Source: Verrucomicrobiaceae bacterium (GTDB taxonomy: Bacteria > Verrucomicrobiota > Verrucomicrobiia > Verrucomicrobiales > Verrucomicrobiaceae). Taken from it: a stretch of DNA of 64,000 nt. This document shows, one piece after another, positions 34,798 to 43,805 of the stretch (within the stretch, counting starts at the first letter, position 1; the number at the start of each line of letters is the position of its first letter). Below the pieces are notes generated by a model. That model was not told the DNA's origin, made no database searches, and worked only from the letters and a program-made list of their open reading frames with translations. The position numbers and the translations under genes are program-made. The stretch spans positions 132,299 to 196,298 of the forward strand of contig CANNQP010000003.1 of assembly GCA_947507875.1 (NCBI GenBank), read 5' to 3'.

Positions 34798-35205
34798 TTG
34801 GCAAAAGCTGTGCTTGGATGCGTCGTGGCTGGCTTTCTTTTATCGAACGATCCCATTCCTGTAACTGACTTCCCTTGCTTTGCCGTGGGTGAAGGCGCGG
34901 AGGTGCGTTTTCTGGGAACTGTGCGTGGGCAAGAAGATGGACATGCGATCTCCGGCATCGAATACAGTGCCTATCTTCCGATGGCAGAAAAAATGTTGGC
35001 GGAAATGATGGTCGAAGGCGCTCAACAAAAGGCTATTCATGACGCCTTCATCCAACACCGACTTGGTTTTGTGGCCGCCGAAGAACCTTCAATTTTGATT
35101 CGAGTGCGCAGCCGTCACAGCGCAGAGGCCTTTGAGCTTTGCCACTGGTATTTGAAGGAGATCAAGAGTCGTGTGCCCATTTGGAAGCAGCCGATCTTCT
35201 TGTGA
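34798..35205 (+). CDS. moaE: Molybdopterin synthase catalytic subunit
   Basis: 'GAEVRFLGTVRGQEDGHAISGIEYSAYLPMAEKML', 'HRLGFVAAEEPSILIRVRSRHSAEAFELCHWYLKEIKSRVPIWKQ' match MoaE. The start (TTG at 34798) is uncertain. No moaD is seen nearby. Confidence 0.7.
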   Translation: MAKAVLGCVVAGFLLSNDPIPVTDFPCFAVGEGAEVRFLGTVRGQEDGHAISGIEYSAYLPMAEKMLAEMMVEGAQQKAIHDAFIQHRLGFVAAEEPSILIRVRSRHSAEAFELCHWYLKEIKSRVPIWKQPIFL

Positions 35206-35299
35206 GTTCTGGGTTAACATAACTTCCCCTTTATCGAGCACCAGGGTGCAAAATCTCGCTTCTTGGACGTTTGCTCCTCCTAAACTCATCCGACCGGCC

Positions 35300-36232
35300 A
35301 TGAAACGTTTCTTCGATTGGTTCAATAACCTTTACCCCATCTGGCTGGTCAGCCTGGCGGTGATCGCTTTTTTCAAACCGGAGACGATGCTGTGGTTCGA
35401 CAGGCCTTGGATCTTTTGGTCACTCGCCTCATCCATGCTCGGCATGGGTCTGACGCTGAGCATGGACGATTTCCGAGCCATCGCGAAGATGCCGAGCAGT
35501 GTGGCGCTCGGTTTTGCGGCACAATACACGATCATGCCACTGGCAGGCTGGCTAGTCACCAAGCTGCTGAACCTAGAGGCAGGACTCGCTGTGGGTATCA
35601 TCTTAGTGGCTAGTTGCCCGGGCGGCATGGCTTCGAACATGATCAGTTACTTAGCACGGGCAAACGTGGCCCTTTCCGTCGTTCTAACCATGTTTTCGAC
35701 CTTGCTGGCCTTCTTTTTCACTCCGATGTGGACCAGCGTTTTGGCAGGAAAATATGTGCCCGTGGATGCCTGGGGGCTTTGTCTTTCTGCCTTACAACTG
35801 ACGATTGCCCCTGTGGTGCTAGGTGTGCTGATTCGTTGGCGACTGCCGCGTGTGGCTGACCAAATCGGTGCCTGCGGCCCCACGGTCGCAGTCGTGGCCT
35901 TTACCCTTGTCAGTGGCGGCATTGTGGCGGCGAGTGCTGCCTCCATTGCTGAGCACTTTGGGGTGCTCGCCTTAGCGGCCGCACTGCTGCACGTGATCGG
36001 TTTTGTCGTGGGTTATCTTCTTCCCAAAGTCTTGCGCTTTCCTGAATCAGTAGCGCGCACCGTCAGCATCGAGGTGGGCATGCAAAATGGCGGTATGGCG
36101 GCATCGCTGGCACGTGAGCATTTTGCCGTAATGCCCCTTGCGGCAGCAGCCGGTGTGTTCAGTGGCGTGCTGCAAAATGTCATTGGTGGATTGGCAGCTG
36201 CTTTTTGGAAACGACGAAAGCCTTCCGCATGA
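35300..36232 (+). CDS. Bile acid:sodium symporter (BASS/SBF) family transporter
   Basis: The protein starts 'MKRFFDWFNNLYPIWL...' and contains 'GMGLTLSMDDF', 'ILVASCPGGMASN' and 'VSIEVGMQNGGMA', typical SBF-family motifs. The start was set to ATG 35300. Confidence 0.85.
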   Translation: MKRFFDWFNNLYPIWLVSLAVIAFFKPETMLWFDRPWIFWSLASSMLGMGLTLSMDDFRAIAKMPSSVALGFAAQYTIMPLAGWLVTKLLNLEAGLAVGIILVASCPGGMASNMISYLARANVALSVVLTMFSTLLAFFFTPMWTSVLAGKYVPVDAWGLCLSALQLTIAPVVLGVLIRWRLPRVADQIGACGPTVAVVAFTLVSGGIVAASAASIAEHFGVLALAAALLHVIGFVVGYLLPKVLRFPESVARTVSIEVGMQNGGMAASLAREHFAVMPLAAAAGVFSGVLQNVIGGLAAAFWKRRKPSA

Positions 36233-37287
36233 GTCGCCGTGACATCTACTACTGGAAGTGCGACCGACCAGCGGCCTTTCACGGCACGCAATCGCGCGGC
36301 GTGGCTAGTGCTGAAATTCAGCAGCAGTTGCAGCAAGCTTTGGCAGAGTATTTCGATGAGAGCGAGGTCCTGCTAAGCCCAGGCTCAGGTCAAGGCAATC
36401 ACCTCACCTGGAACGCTGAGATCGCAGGACAGGCGGTCTTTCTTCGTGTGGAAAATGGGCCTGAGCGAGATGGCCACCTCATCATTGAATCCAATGTGCT
36501 GGATCGTGTGAGACTCGCAGGTGTGCGCACCCCGCGGGTATTGGGCTGTGATGCCAGTCGCAGCCACGTGCCCTTCGCTTGGCAGGCCTTGGAGCGTATT
36601 CCTGCTCCGGATTTGAATCAGGCATTCAAGCAAGGCACCCTTGATACAAATCACATCGCACATCAGATCGGTGCTGCCGTTGCCACTTGGCAGAGCATTC
36701 GTCTCACAGGTTATGGCGTGCTTGATGAAACGCTGCGCGGCTATCGCGAAACGTACACCGACTATTATCACCTGCGTTTGGATGAGCATCTGCACTTCCT
36801 GAAATCACGTGGCTTTTTCTCTAGCAGCGAAGACGTCTTGGCCGAGATCGAAAACCACCATGCTCTGCTCGACCTAGCACCCGGTTGCTTGGTTCACAAA
36901 GACCTAGCGCTCTGGAACATCCTGGGTTGTCCGCATGAGATTGCTGCTTTCATCGACTTTGATGATGCCATCAGTGGTGACGCCATGGATGACTTGTCTC
37001 TGCTGGCCTGCTTTCACGATGCGGCTTTCCTGCGTCATGCTTTCCTGGGTTATGAAAGTGTGCGCGCGCTACCTACCGAAGCGCTTCGACGATTCTGGCT
37101 ACATCTGCTCAGAAACATGATCGTGAAATCAGTAATCCGCATCGGTGCGGGTTACTTTGATCGTGACGATGGCTTTTTTCTGATCTCAGCCGGTAGCTCC
37201 GGCCAAACTCTGCGTGAAGTGACCCTATCCAAACTCAAGCTGGCTTTGCATGGCTTGCGAGAAGCCAGCAGCCTCGACATTCTGTGA
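36229..37287 (+). CDS. Aminoglycoside-phosphotransferase-fold (APH/choline-kinase-like) small-molecule kinase
   Basis: 'CLVHKDLALWNIL' is the catalytic-loop H-x-D-x-x-x-x-N and 'FIDFDDAISGDAMDDLS' is the DFD metal-binding motif. ATG 36229 gives an ATGA overlap with the transporter stop. Confidence 0.7.
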   Translation: MSRRDIYYWKCDRPAAFHGTQSRGVASAEIQQQLQQALAEYFDESEVLLSPGSGQGNHLTWNAEIAGQAVFLRVENGPERDGHLIIESNVLDRVRLAGVRTPRVLGCDASRSHVPFAWQALERIPAPDLNQAFKQGTLDTNHIAHQIGAAVATWQSIRLTGYGVLDETLRGYRETYTDYYHLRLDEHLHFLKSRGFFSSSEDVLAEIENHHALLDLAPGCLVHKDLALWNILGCPHEIAAFIDFDDAISGDAMDDLSLLACFHDAAFLRHAFLGYESVRALPTEALRRFWLHLLRNMIVKSVIRIGAGYFDRDDGFFLISAGSSGQTLREVTLSKLKLALHGLREASSLDIL

Positions 37288-37290
37288 ATC

Positions 37291-38022
37291 ATGAAATCTC
37301 TCATCGGCACTTTTTTATCCATCGGATCACCCGCCGTCACCGAACTAGCCGCTGAAGTCGGTTACGACTGGGTGCTGATCGACCTGGAGCATGGTTGCGA
37401 ATCCGAAGCCGCGCTGCCGAACCAACTCCGTGCTCTGCGTGGCAGCCAAACGCTAGCGATCGTGCGGGTCAGTGCACCTCATCCCGACCTGATTGGCCGG
37501 GCACTTGACTGGGGTGCTCAGGGGATCATGGTGCCGCACGTGGATACAGCTGAGCAGGCATGGCACTGCGTGCAGGCAGCTCATTATCCCCCCCGCGGTC
37601 ATCGTGGTGTTTCTCGCACGGTTCGGGCTTATGGTTATGGGATGAAAATTCCTGAAGGCGAGCTGCCGAAGCCAATCCTACTCGCTCAGATCGAGACTGC
37701 ACAAGGGGTGACCAATGCAGATCGGATCGCAGCCGTGCCAGGCATCGACGCGCTGTTCATCGGTCCGGCAGATTTGAATTATGACCTGAAGGCTAGGCCA
37801 TCATCACCAAGTTACGATGACTGCCTGCACGCTGTCGTGAAAGCCGCCAAGGACCATGGCAAGGGCAGCGGCATCCTTGTACGTCACTCCGATGACGTAG
37901 AAGAGTTGAAGCAACTCGGGCTGACCTGGATCGCCATGGACTCAGACCTCTCACTCGTCCGAGAGGGCTTCAAAAGAAATCTCGCCGCAGGTCAGCGGAT
38001 GGCGGAAGAGCTTGCTCAGTAG
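37291..38022 (+). CDS. HpcH/HpaI-family class II (2-keto-3-deoxy acid) aldolase
   Basis: 243 aa. Motifs are 'IGTFLSIGSPAVTELAAEVGYDWVLIDLEHG', 'AIVRVS...GAQGIMVPHVDTAEQA', 'PPRGHRG' and 'LLAQIET'. It starts 3 nt after the kinase stop. Confidence 0.85.
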   Translation: MKSLIGTFLSIGSPAVTELAAEVGYDWVLIDLEHGCESEAALPNQLRALRGSQTLAIVRVSAPHPDLIGRALDWGAQGIMVPHVDTAEQAWHCVQAAHYPPRGHRGVSRTVRAYGYGMKIPEGELPKPILLAQIETAQGVTNADRIAAVPGIDALFIGPADLNYDLKARPSSPSYDDCLHAVVKAAKDHGKGSGILVRHSDDVEELKQLGLTWIAMDSDLSLVREGFKRNLAAGQRMAEELAQ

Positions 38023-39527
38023 CTACGCGCAAAGACCACGCGGCGTGAGCTGGGCTTGCCAGTGAGGAAGCACTGACCATCTTCAACAAACTCATCGCTG
38101 ATCGGGATGCAGCGGATGGTCACCTTCATGTCTTTGGCAATCTGATCTTCCTCTTCATTACTGCCTGCCCAGTGCATGAGGGCAAAACCTCCTGGCCCAG
38201 CATCGGCAAAGAAGGCTTTGAATTCATCCAGCGTGTTCAGTTTCTTCATGTTCGCGTCACGCATTTCGGTGGCGCGCTTCAGCAAAGCGTCCTGGATGTC
38301 TTGAAGCTTTTCGGTGATATCGCGAATGAGGTCTTCTTTGGGAATGAATTCCTTCTGCTTCGGCGGGAGATCCCGGCGGGCGACCGCGACGGTGCGGCTG
38401 GCGATGTCACGTGGCCCCATCTCGATGCGCAGAGGCACGCCTTTCTTGATCCACTCCCAGTTCTTCGCCCCTCCCTGAAGGTCGCGTTTGTCCACGTGCA
38501 CGCGCAGGGGCTCGCCGTGGAAGCTCTGTGTGCGCAAGGTTTGCGCCAGCGCCTCGCAAGCGTCGATGATTTCTTGGCGGGTGTCTTCCTTCGGGGTGAC
38601 GGGCAGGATGACGACCTGATGCGGAGCCACCCGCGGTGGGAGGATGACGCCGTCGTCATCCCCATGGGCCATGATCAGCGTGCCAATGAGCCGAGTACTG
38701 ACCCCCCAACTTGTGGTGTGAACGAGCTGTCGCGTGTTATCACGGCCCAGGAACTGAATGTTCGCTGCCTTAGCGAAGTTTTGGCCGAGGTAATGCGAAG
38801 TGCCAGCCTGGATGGCTTTTCGGTCCTGCACCATCGCTTCAACAGTGTAGGTATTGACGGCACCTGGAAAGCGCTCGTTCTCCGTCTTCTCCCCAGGGAT
38901 GACCGGGATGGCCAGATGATTGCGGAGGAAATCCGCATACACCTTGTGCATGAGTTTGGTTTCCTGGATGGCTTCCTCGGCTGTCTCGTGCGCGGTGTGG
39001 CCTTCCTGCCAGAGGAATTCAGCCGTGCGGAGGAAGAGACGAGGACGCATCTCCCAACGCATCACGTTGGCCCACTGATTGATCAGCAGCGGCAGATCGC
39101 GGTAGCTTTCTACCCAGCGAGCAAAGGCGGCTCCGATGATTGTCTCGGAGGTCGGGCGGATGACGAAAGGCTCGGCAAGCTCACCCGTCGGGATCATCTT
39201 GGTGGTGCCATCGGGCTGCTTTTGCGCCTCCAGACGATGGTGCGTGACGACGGCACATTCGGTGGCAAAGCCTTCCGCGTGCTCAGCCTCCTTCTCCAGG
39301 TAGCTCAGAGGAATCAGAAGGGGAAAGTAGGCGTTCACATGCCCGGTCTCTTTGAACTTCACATCCAGCTGGCGCTGGATGTTTTCCCACAGACCATAGC
39401 CCCACGGCTTGATGACCATGCAGCCACGGACCTCGGAGTTTTCAGCGAGGTCAGCGGCGCGGACGACTTGCTGATACCATTCAGGGAAGTCTTTGTCGCG
39501 AGTAGGAGAAATAGCGGTCTGGCTCAT
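38016..39527 (-). CDS. proS: Proline--tRNA ligase (archaeal/eukaryote-like type)
   Basis: 503 aa. Motifs are 'FPEWYQQVVRAADLAENSEVRGCMVIKPWGYGLWE', 'LRTAEFLWQEGHTAH' and a terminal '...VFARSY'. It converges on the aldolase gene and overlaps it by 7 nt. Confidence 0.95.
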   Translation of the reverse strand: MSQTAISPTRDKDFPEWYQQVVRAADLAENSEVRGCMVIKPWGYGLWENIQRQLDVKFKETGHVNAYFPLLIPLSYLEKEAEHAEGFATECAVVTHHRLEAQKQPDGTTKMIPTGELAEPFVIRPTSETIIGAAFARWVESYRDLPLLINQWANVMRWEMRPRLFLRTAEFLWQEGHTAHETAEEAIQETKLMHKVYADFLRNHLAIPVIPGEKTENERFPGAVNTYTVEAMVQDRKAIQAGTSHYLGQNFAKAANIQFLGRDNTRQLVHTTSWGVSTRLIGTLIMAHGDDDGVILPPRVAPHQVVILPVTPKEDTRQEIIDACEALAQTLRTQSFHGEPLRVHVDKRDLQGGAKNWEWIKKGVPLRIEMGPRDIASRTVAVARRDLPPKQKEFIPKEDLIRDITEKLQDIQDALLKRATEMRDANMKKLNTLDEFKAFFADAGPGGFALMHWAGSNEEEDQIAKDMKVTIRCIPISDEFVEDGQCFLTGKPSSRRVVFARSY

Positions 39528-39599
39528 GGGAGGGGGCGGAGAGTAGAGGCAAACCGCAGCGGGTCAAATGATGCGCATCCTGAAGCCTGACAAGATGCA

Positions 39600-41144
39600 T
39601 CAGTCCAACGCACGCTTAGGAGCTGCGATGCGGATCTTTGGATCCTTCGGATTAGGGATGGCCGACTTGGTGAAACGTTGCACTTCAAAAGGAGTGACGT
39701 TGGAGGTCAGCTCGAGTTTGTCTAAAAACTCCCAGGTGGCTGGAACCCCGATCTGATCCGCCATTTGTCGTGCCTCCAGGTAAGTTGCATACGCATCGGC
39801 TTTCACCTGAAAAATTGCCACGCCTTGGGGATCAAGCTTAAGCTGCCTGAGCGTGCGCTGATAGGTCGAGCTTTCAGAGCGAATCTGTTCGAGAGTTTCG
39901 CCCCCCCCCGTCTTGGGCGACCATTGCAGCTGCACGTAGCTGGACCCAGGCTTCACCGAAGGCTTAAAGGTGTAAGAGGAGCTATTCATCATGGGGCTCG
40001 TGGCCGCTCTATCAAGGGTGGCAGCCAGCTTAAAGGCATCATAAATGGTCTTTTGCCGGACCACATTTTTGAAGCCGTCCATGTCCGCGAGTTCCTTGAC
40101 GAAGTAATCTAAGATTTCACGCGGAGTAAATTTAACCTCAACGACCTTGCTCCCCCAGCCGAAAGTCGCTTTGCCCCCGCCCGCTGCTGCTTTGATGATG
40201 GGCTTGGCCGGATCACGCGAGGGATCTAAAGCAAGCCACTTGGTGAAGTCACCTTTCGTCGCCTCAAGAATCGCTGTAGCTACGACAGGCAACGTCGAAC
40301 GTGTGACGAGTGCGATGCTTCCGATAGCCGTCAAAACCTGACGGCTCGTTGGGATTTTGGCATCACTCAGCACCTTGTGAGCCATGGCGACTTGATCGAG
40401 CTGAAAGGTATTGACCAGAGGGGCAAGCTCAGGCCAAGCCGCCTGGGCAGCCTGCGGACTGCCGAAGATATCAGCCAGCATTTTCGCAAAAGGATCGATC
40501 TTCACTTCTTTGTACTCAAATTGGCTGCGAATCTTTTCGAGCCCTTCGATCACTGGCTTAATGAACTCTTTTTCATTCAACAAGAGCACACCTTGTTTGG
40601 CCACGATCACACGCACTTCATTGGGTTCTTTAGGAAAGGGTCGCGGATTCGGCAGTCGCACGTACGTCGGCGGTTCTGGCTTGAAGACCGGCGTTTGATC
40701 CAGCAGCGCCTTGAGTCGCTCAACTTCGGCGAGAAGCTTTTCTGTCTCGGTTTTCTGCTTCTCTTTGTCCTTCTTCGCTTCCTCTAGCTTTTTGCGGAAG
40801 GTATCCAAGTCCATGAACTTCATCCTGGATTGCATTTCCGTGGTATCGACAGACTGCAATTGCTCCGCTGCTTTTTTCAGATCCTGCTCCGCCTGCTTTT
40901 TCTGTTCTTCCAGCTTCTTGGGATCAGCCGCTGGGGGCGGCAACTGATCTACTTTCTTCTTCATCTCTTCATGCTGCTCTTTGGTCACAGGTGGCAAATC
41001 CGAAAGGATTTTCTGAAGTGTGCGCGCCGTGTTAAGACTCATCATCACGAACACAATCATCAACACCCCGACGACGTTTGTCACCGCGTCCATCAAGGAG
41101 TCGAGATTCAGCTCTGAATCGCCGCCATTGTTGCGTTTGGCCAT
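39600..41144 (-). CDS. ExbD/TolR-like membrane anchor, followed by a charged coiled coil and a large C-terminal domain (514 aa)
   Basis: The N-terminus 'ELNLDSLMDAVTNVVGVLMIVFVMM' parallels the ExbD/TolR 'inltPliDvvfvLLiFF' anchor, including the Asp. About 100 aa of E/K/Q-rich heptad-like sequence follow. ExbD-like strands are 'VRVIVAKQGVLLLNEKEF' and 'GVAIFQVKADAYATYLEARQMADQIGV'. Confidence 0.6.
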   Translation of the reverse strand: MAKRNNGGDSELNLDSLMDAVTNVVGVLMIVFVMMSLNTARTLQKILSDLPPVTKEQHEEMKKKVDQLPPPAADPKKLEEQKKQAEQDLKKAAEQLQSVDTTEMQSRMKFMDLDTFRKKLEEAKKDKEKQKTETEKLLAEVERLKALLDQTPVFKPEPPTYVRLPNPRPFPKEPNEVRVIVAKQGVLLLNEKEFIKPVIEGLEKIRSQFEYKEVKIDPFAKMLADIFGSPQAAQAAWPELAPLVNTFQLDQVAMAHKVLSDAKIPTSRQVLTAIGSIALVTRSTLPVVATAILEATKGDFTKWLALDPSRDPAKPIIKAAAGGGKATFGWGSKVVEVKFTPREILDYFVKELADMDGFKNVVRQKTIYDAFKLAATLDRAATSPMMNSSSYTFKPSVKPGSSYVQLQWSPKTGGGETLEQIRSESSTYQRTLRQLKLDPQGVAIFQVKADAYATYLEARQMADQIGVPATWEFLDKLELTSNVTPFEVQRFTKSAIPNPKDPKIRIAAPKRALD

Positions 41145-41162
41145 GGGCTAAAAAATCATGTG

Positions 41163-42059
41163 TTATTTAGGAATCGTAGGCGCAGGAATTCCCACGGGTG
41201 TCGCGGGCGGTGGGGCGACTTTACCACGAAACTTCTCAAACAAGGCAAGATCGAGCTGGCCCCGCCCTGGAATCGGCAGTTTACCCACACGTAGATTGTA
41301 GTCAGACTCGGCACGACCTGCCCCATTGTTGAATGCGCCCTGTCCGTCATCCCTAACTAAATAGAGAATCAGGCTATTCTTGTCTTTCGCAGCTTCTGCT
41401 AGGAAATGATTGTATTCAGGATTGCCAAAAACGATGTCAGGGGATGCACCAAGGCGGAAATCCCCAGCCCCCCAAGGATCCAAAAGCCGGAGTGAACCTG
41501 CAGAACACTCCACAAAAAAAACCTTGGTATTTTCAGGCAGGCCGGAGCCTGAGGGCTGAACCACCACAGGTGGCACTTTCTTGTCTGGCGGCACTTGCCG
41601 CTTCTGAATTTCCGCCATCAGCTCTTGAATAAGCTTTCGGCTCTCTTGCTGCTGTTCTTTCATGCCCTTGATCTCGGTCAGCAGATCGTCCAATTGCTTT
41701 TGAAGATTGGTAGCGATTTCCAGATTCTGCTTTTGTACTTCCTTCGATGAATCCATCAACTGCCTCAGCTTCAGGTATCTCTGCTGCCTCTCTTGAACAT
41801 CCTGCTGTAGCTTCTCGAGTTCAGCCAGTTTTTCTTTGAGCAGGGCATCCAACTTTTGACGTTCCTCGAGTTCCTTGATCATGCGCAGGTATTCCTGAGC
41901 CATTTTGATCTCCTCAGGAGTTCGACCTTCTGCCTTCCCTGCTTGGGCAATGACCAAGACGACAATGATCAACACCAGCGCGCCGATAAGGCAGGCCAGA
42001 ATGCTGAGGAAGGGAAAGAGTGAAACTTCACTTCCTGATGACTCACGCCGCTGTGCCAT
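41163..42059 (-). CDS. ExbD/TolR-like anchor lacking the TM Asp, followed by a ~110-aa coiled coil and a C-terminal alpha/beta domain (298 aa)
   Basis: The anchor 'EVSLFPFLSILACLIGALVLIIVVLVI' has Ser where ExbD/TolR carry Asp. The coil region reads 'EYLRMIKELEERQKLDALLKEKLAELEKLQQDVQERQQRYLKLRQL...'. The C-terminal part reads 'VFFVECSAGSLRLL...LILYLVRDDGQGAFN'. Confidence 0.55.
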   Translation of the reverse strand: MAQRRESSGSEVSLFPFLSILACLIGALVLIIVVLVIAQAGKAEGRTPEEIKMAQEYLRMIKELEERQKLDALLKEKLAELEKLQQDVQERQQRYLKLRQLMDSSKEVQKQNLEIATNLQKQLDDLLTEIKGMKEQQQESRKLIQELMAEIQKRQVPPDKKVPPVVVQPSGSGLPENTKVFFVECSAGSLRLLDPWGAGDFRLGASPDIVFGNPEYNHFLAEAAKDKNSLILYLVRDDGQGAFNNGAGRAESDYNLRVGKLPIPGRGQLDLALFEKFRGKVAPPPATPVGIPAPTIPK

Positions 42060-42082
42060 GATCGTGGGGAGGTTCTGGTGGA

Positions 42083-43528
42083 CTACTCAGCACGGCTAAA
42101 CCAGCTTTTTTTCTTCACTTGGTGAATCAAGATCTGTTTGGTGCCGAGTTCCTTGAGCACATTGTTCAGGCCTTGTATGCCACTTGCCAGCGCACGATTG
42201 TATTCAGTGCTTTGGCGAACGGCATCCGTCACCGCCGTGGTGAAGTCCTCACGCATTCGATTCACGGCTTGGCCAAACTGGGCATCGACGTGCTCCTGAT
42301 GAGCCGCTGCACGCTTATCGAGATTGTCTGCATAATCACGAATCTTTGCTGAGAGCGCATTGAGATCTGTCAGAAATTCGCGCTGGGACACTGCGACCGC
42401 TTTCACCAGATGTTCCATCAAACCACCGGCATCTCCCGCCACTGCGGCAGAACCCGCACCGCCATCATTCAGCCTTGGCATCAGCACCTCATTGCAGAAA
42501 GCATCAATGTTGTTGAGGTTATCGTCTTCCGCTTTCGCCAGCACATTCATGGGGAAGTTGAGGAACATCGCCAGCACAAGACCGAGCAGTGTCGTGTCGA
42601 AAGCTGTGCCCAGACCACTGGTGACATTGCTGATGGATCCCATGATTTTATCCATGTCAGAGACATTGCTCAAATCCATGGCACCAATCGCCTGAGATAG
42701 ACCGAGCACTGTTCCGATGAAGCCGAGAATCGGAATGGCCCAAAGGAAGACTTTGGTTAGCGCATAGCTGCCGCCAATTCGCGCGCTATCAATGTTGCTC
42801 TGCGCACTAAGCATGTTGGTCACATCGCCATTGTTTTGGCGAATCTCAAACAACTCCAAGCCCTTGCGAATGCGGTTCACCATCATGCTATCTCGCAGAC
42901 GGGCTGGCAGGCCATAAAGGTGATCAATGAATTGCCCCACGTTGTCTGCAGACACCTCCTGGTTGATGTCCGTTGGCAGGACATCAAGGTACATAGCCGC
43001 TTTTTGATGACGCAGCTTTTGCAGCTTCAGGTAGAGAATCGCGACCGCCCACCAGAAGAAGAAGGTCTCCGCGTAGTTCACCCAAGTTCTCTCATAGAAA
43101 AGATCGTGGATGTAATCCATCGCATTCACCGGAGGCTTACCTAACTCACCCATTCCAAATGGATACAAGATGCCATACCAAGCCAGAGTCGCGACAGCAC
43201 CGATCCCAAGAGCAAGCAACGGATTCGGATTGGCTGGATCTTTTTCCTCCCAGCCTCCACGAGCGGCTCGATGTTGATCGTAAAACTGTGTGCCGTTCGA
43301 TGGCGCAGATGCATTGGATGCGGAGATTTCCCCATGGTCTGCCCAGTTTTCTGCTGCTGAAGTTGATGCCACTGAGGGGGGAGGAAGCCCAGACGGTGGC
43401 GGCAGAGCAACTCCCAGCTCCGAGGGTACAGCGATTTTGCTATTGCATCCAGGGCAGCGAACCATCTTACCGGCCATATCAGGCTCGGCCTTGAGCTGCA
43501 TGTCACAGGTGGGGCATTTGAATTTCAC
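42083..43528 (-). CDS. MotA/TolQ/ExbB-family proton-channel protein with an N-terminal zinc ribbon and a C-terminal helical tail
   Basis: The zinc ribbon is 'KFKCPTCDMQLKAEPDMAGKMVRCPGCNSKI' (two CxxC). A Pro-rich linker and TM helices follow. The signature region 'IPILGFIGTVLGLSQAIGAM...SGLGTAFDTTLLGLVLAMFLNFP' matches the MotA/ExbB family, and ~130 aa of tail follow it. The start codon is GTG. Confidence 0.8.
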   Translation of the reverse strand: MKFKCPTCDMQLKAEPDMAGKMVRCPGCNSKIAVPSELGVALPPPSGLPPPSVASTSAAENWADHGEISASNASAPSNGTQFYDQHRAARGGWEEKDPANPNPLLALGIGAVATLAWYGILYPFGMGELGKPPVNAMDYIHDLFYERTWVNYAETFFFWWAVAILYLKLQKLRHQKAAMYLDVLPTDINQEVSADNVGQFIDHLYGLPARLRDSMMVNRIRKGLELFEIRQNNGDVTNMLSAQSNIDSARIGGSYALTKVFLWAIPILGFIGTVLGLSQAIGAMDLSNVSDMDKIMGSISNVTSGLGTAFDTTLLGLVLAMFLNFPMNVLAKAEDDNLNNIDAFCNEVLMPRLNDGGAGSAAVAGDAGGLMEHLVKAVAVSQREFLTDLNALSAKIRDYADNLDKRAAAHQEHVDAQFGQAVNRMREDFTTAVTDAVRQSTEYNRALASGIQGLNNVLKELGTKQILIHQVKKKSWFSRAE

Positions 43529-43805
43529 GTCAGTGTTCTGGGGTTTGGAGAAAGAAACGGCAAGAGGCTAAACGCGGCCGTGGATAGACAATCCGCCTGA
43601 AAAAACGCATCAAATTCTTTTTCCCTTCTACCTTTGCATTATCCTTTTTCGCAGCGAGGTGCCAGAAACTGTCCGCTCCATGCAACCAATGGATGAACTC
43701 TGCTCGACTGAGGAAAATTTGTTTTGATGACAAGTCCGGCTGACCAAGGTTTTGCCTACCGTTCTATGGATTTGCAGGCATGGCGTTCGTGGATGGTCAC
43801 AACAC

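Noticed and set aside
38016-38022. A 7-nt convergent overlap of the aldolase and proS 3' ends
   Set aside because: Short convergent overlaps are common in compact genomes, and I see nothing further to interpret here.
38172-39590. A 472-aa ORF antisense to proS
   Set aside because: The opposite strand encodes an unmistakable prolyl-tRNA synthetase, so this is a shadow ORF.
43530-43733. A 67-aa ORF ending 1 nt before the MotA-like start
   Set aside because: It has a TTG start in an AT-rich promoter-like region. The composition is basic and aromatic-rich with no motif, so it is more likely 5' UTR or promoter sequence. Ribosome profiling or conservation analysis could revive it.
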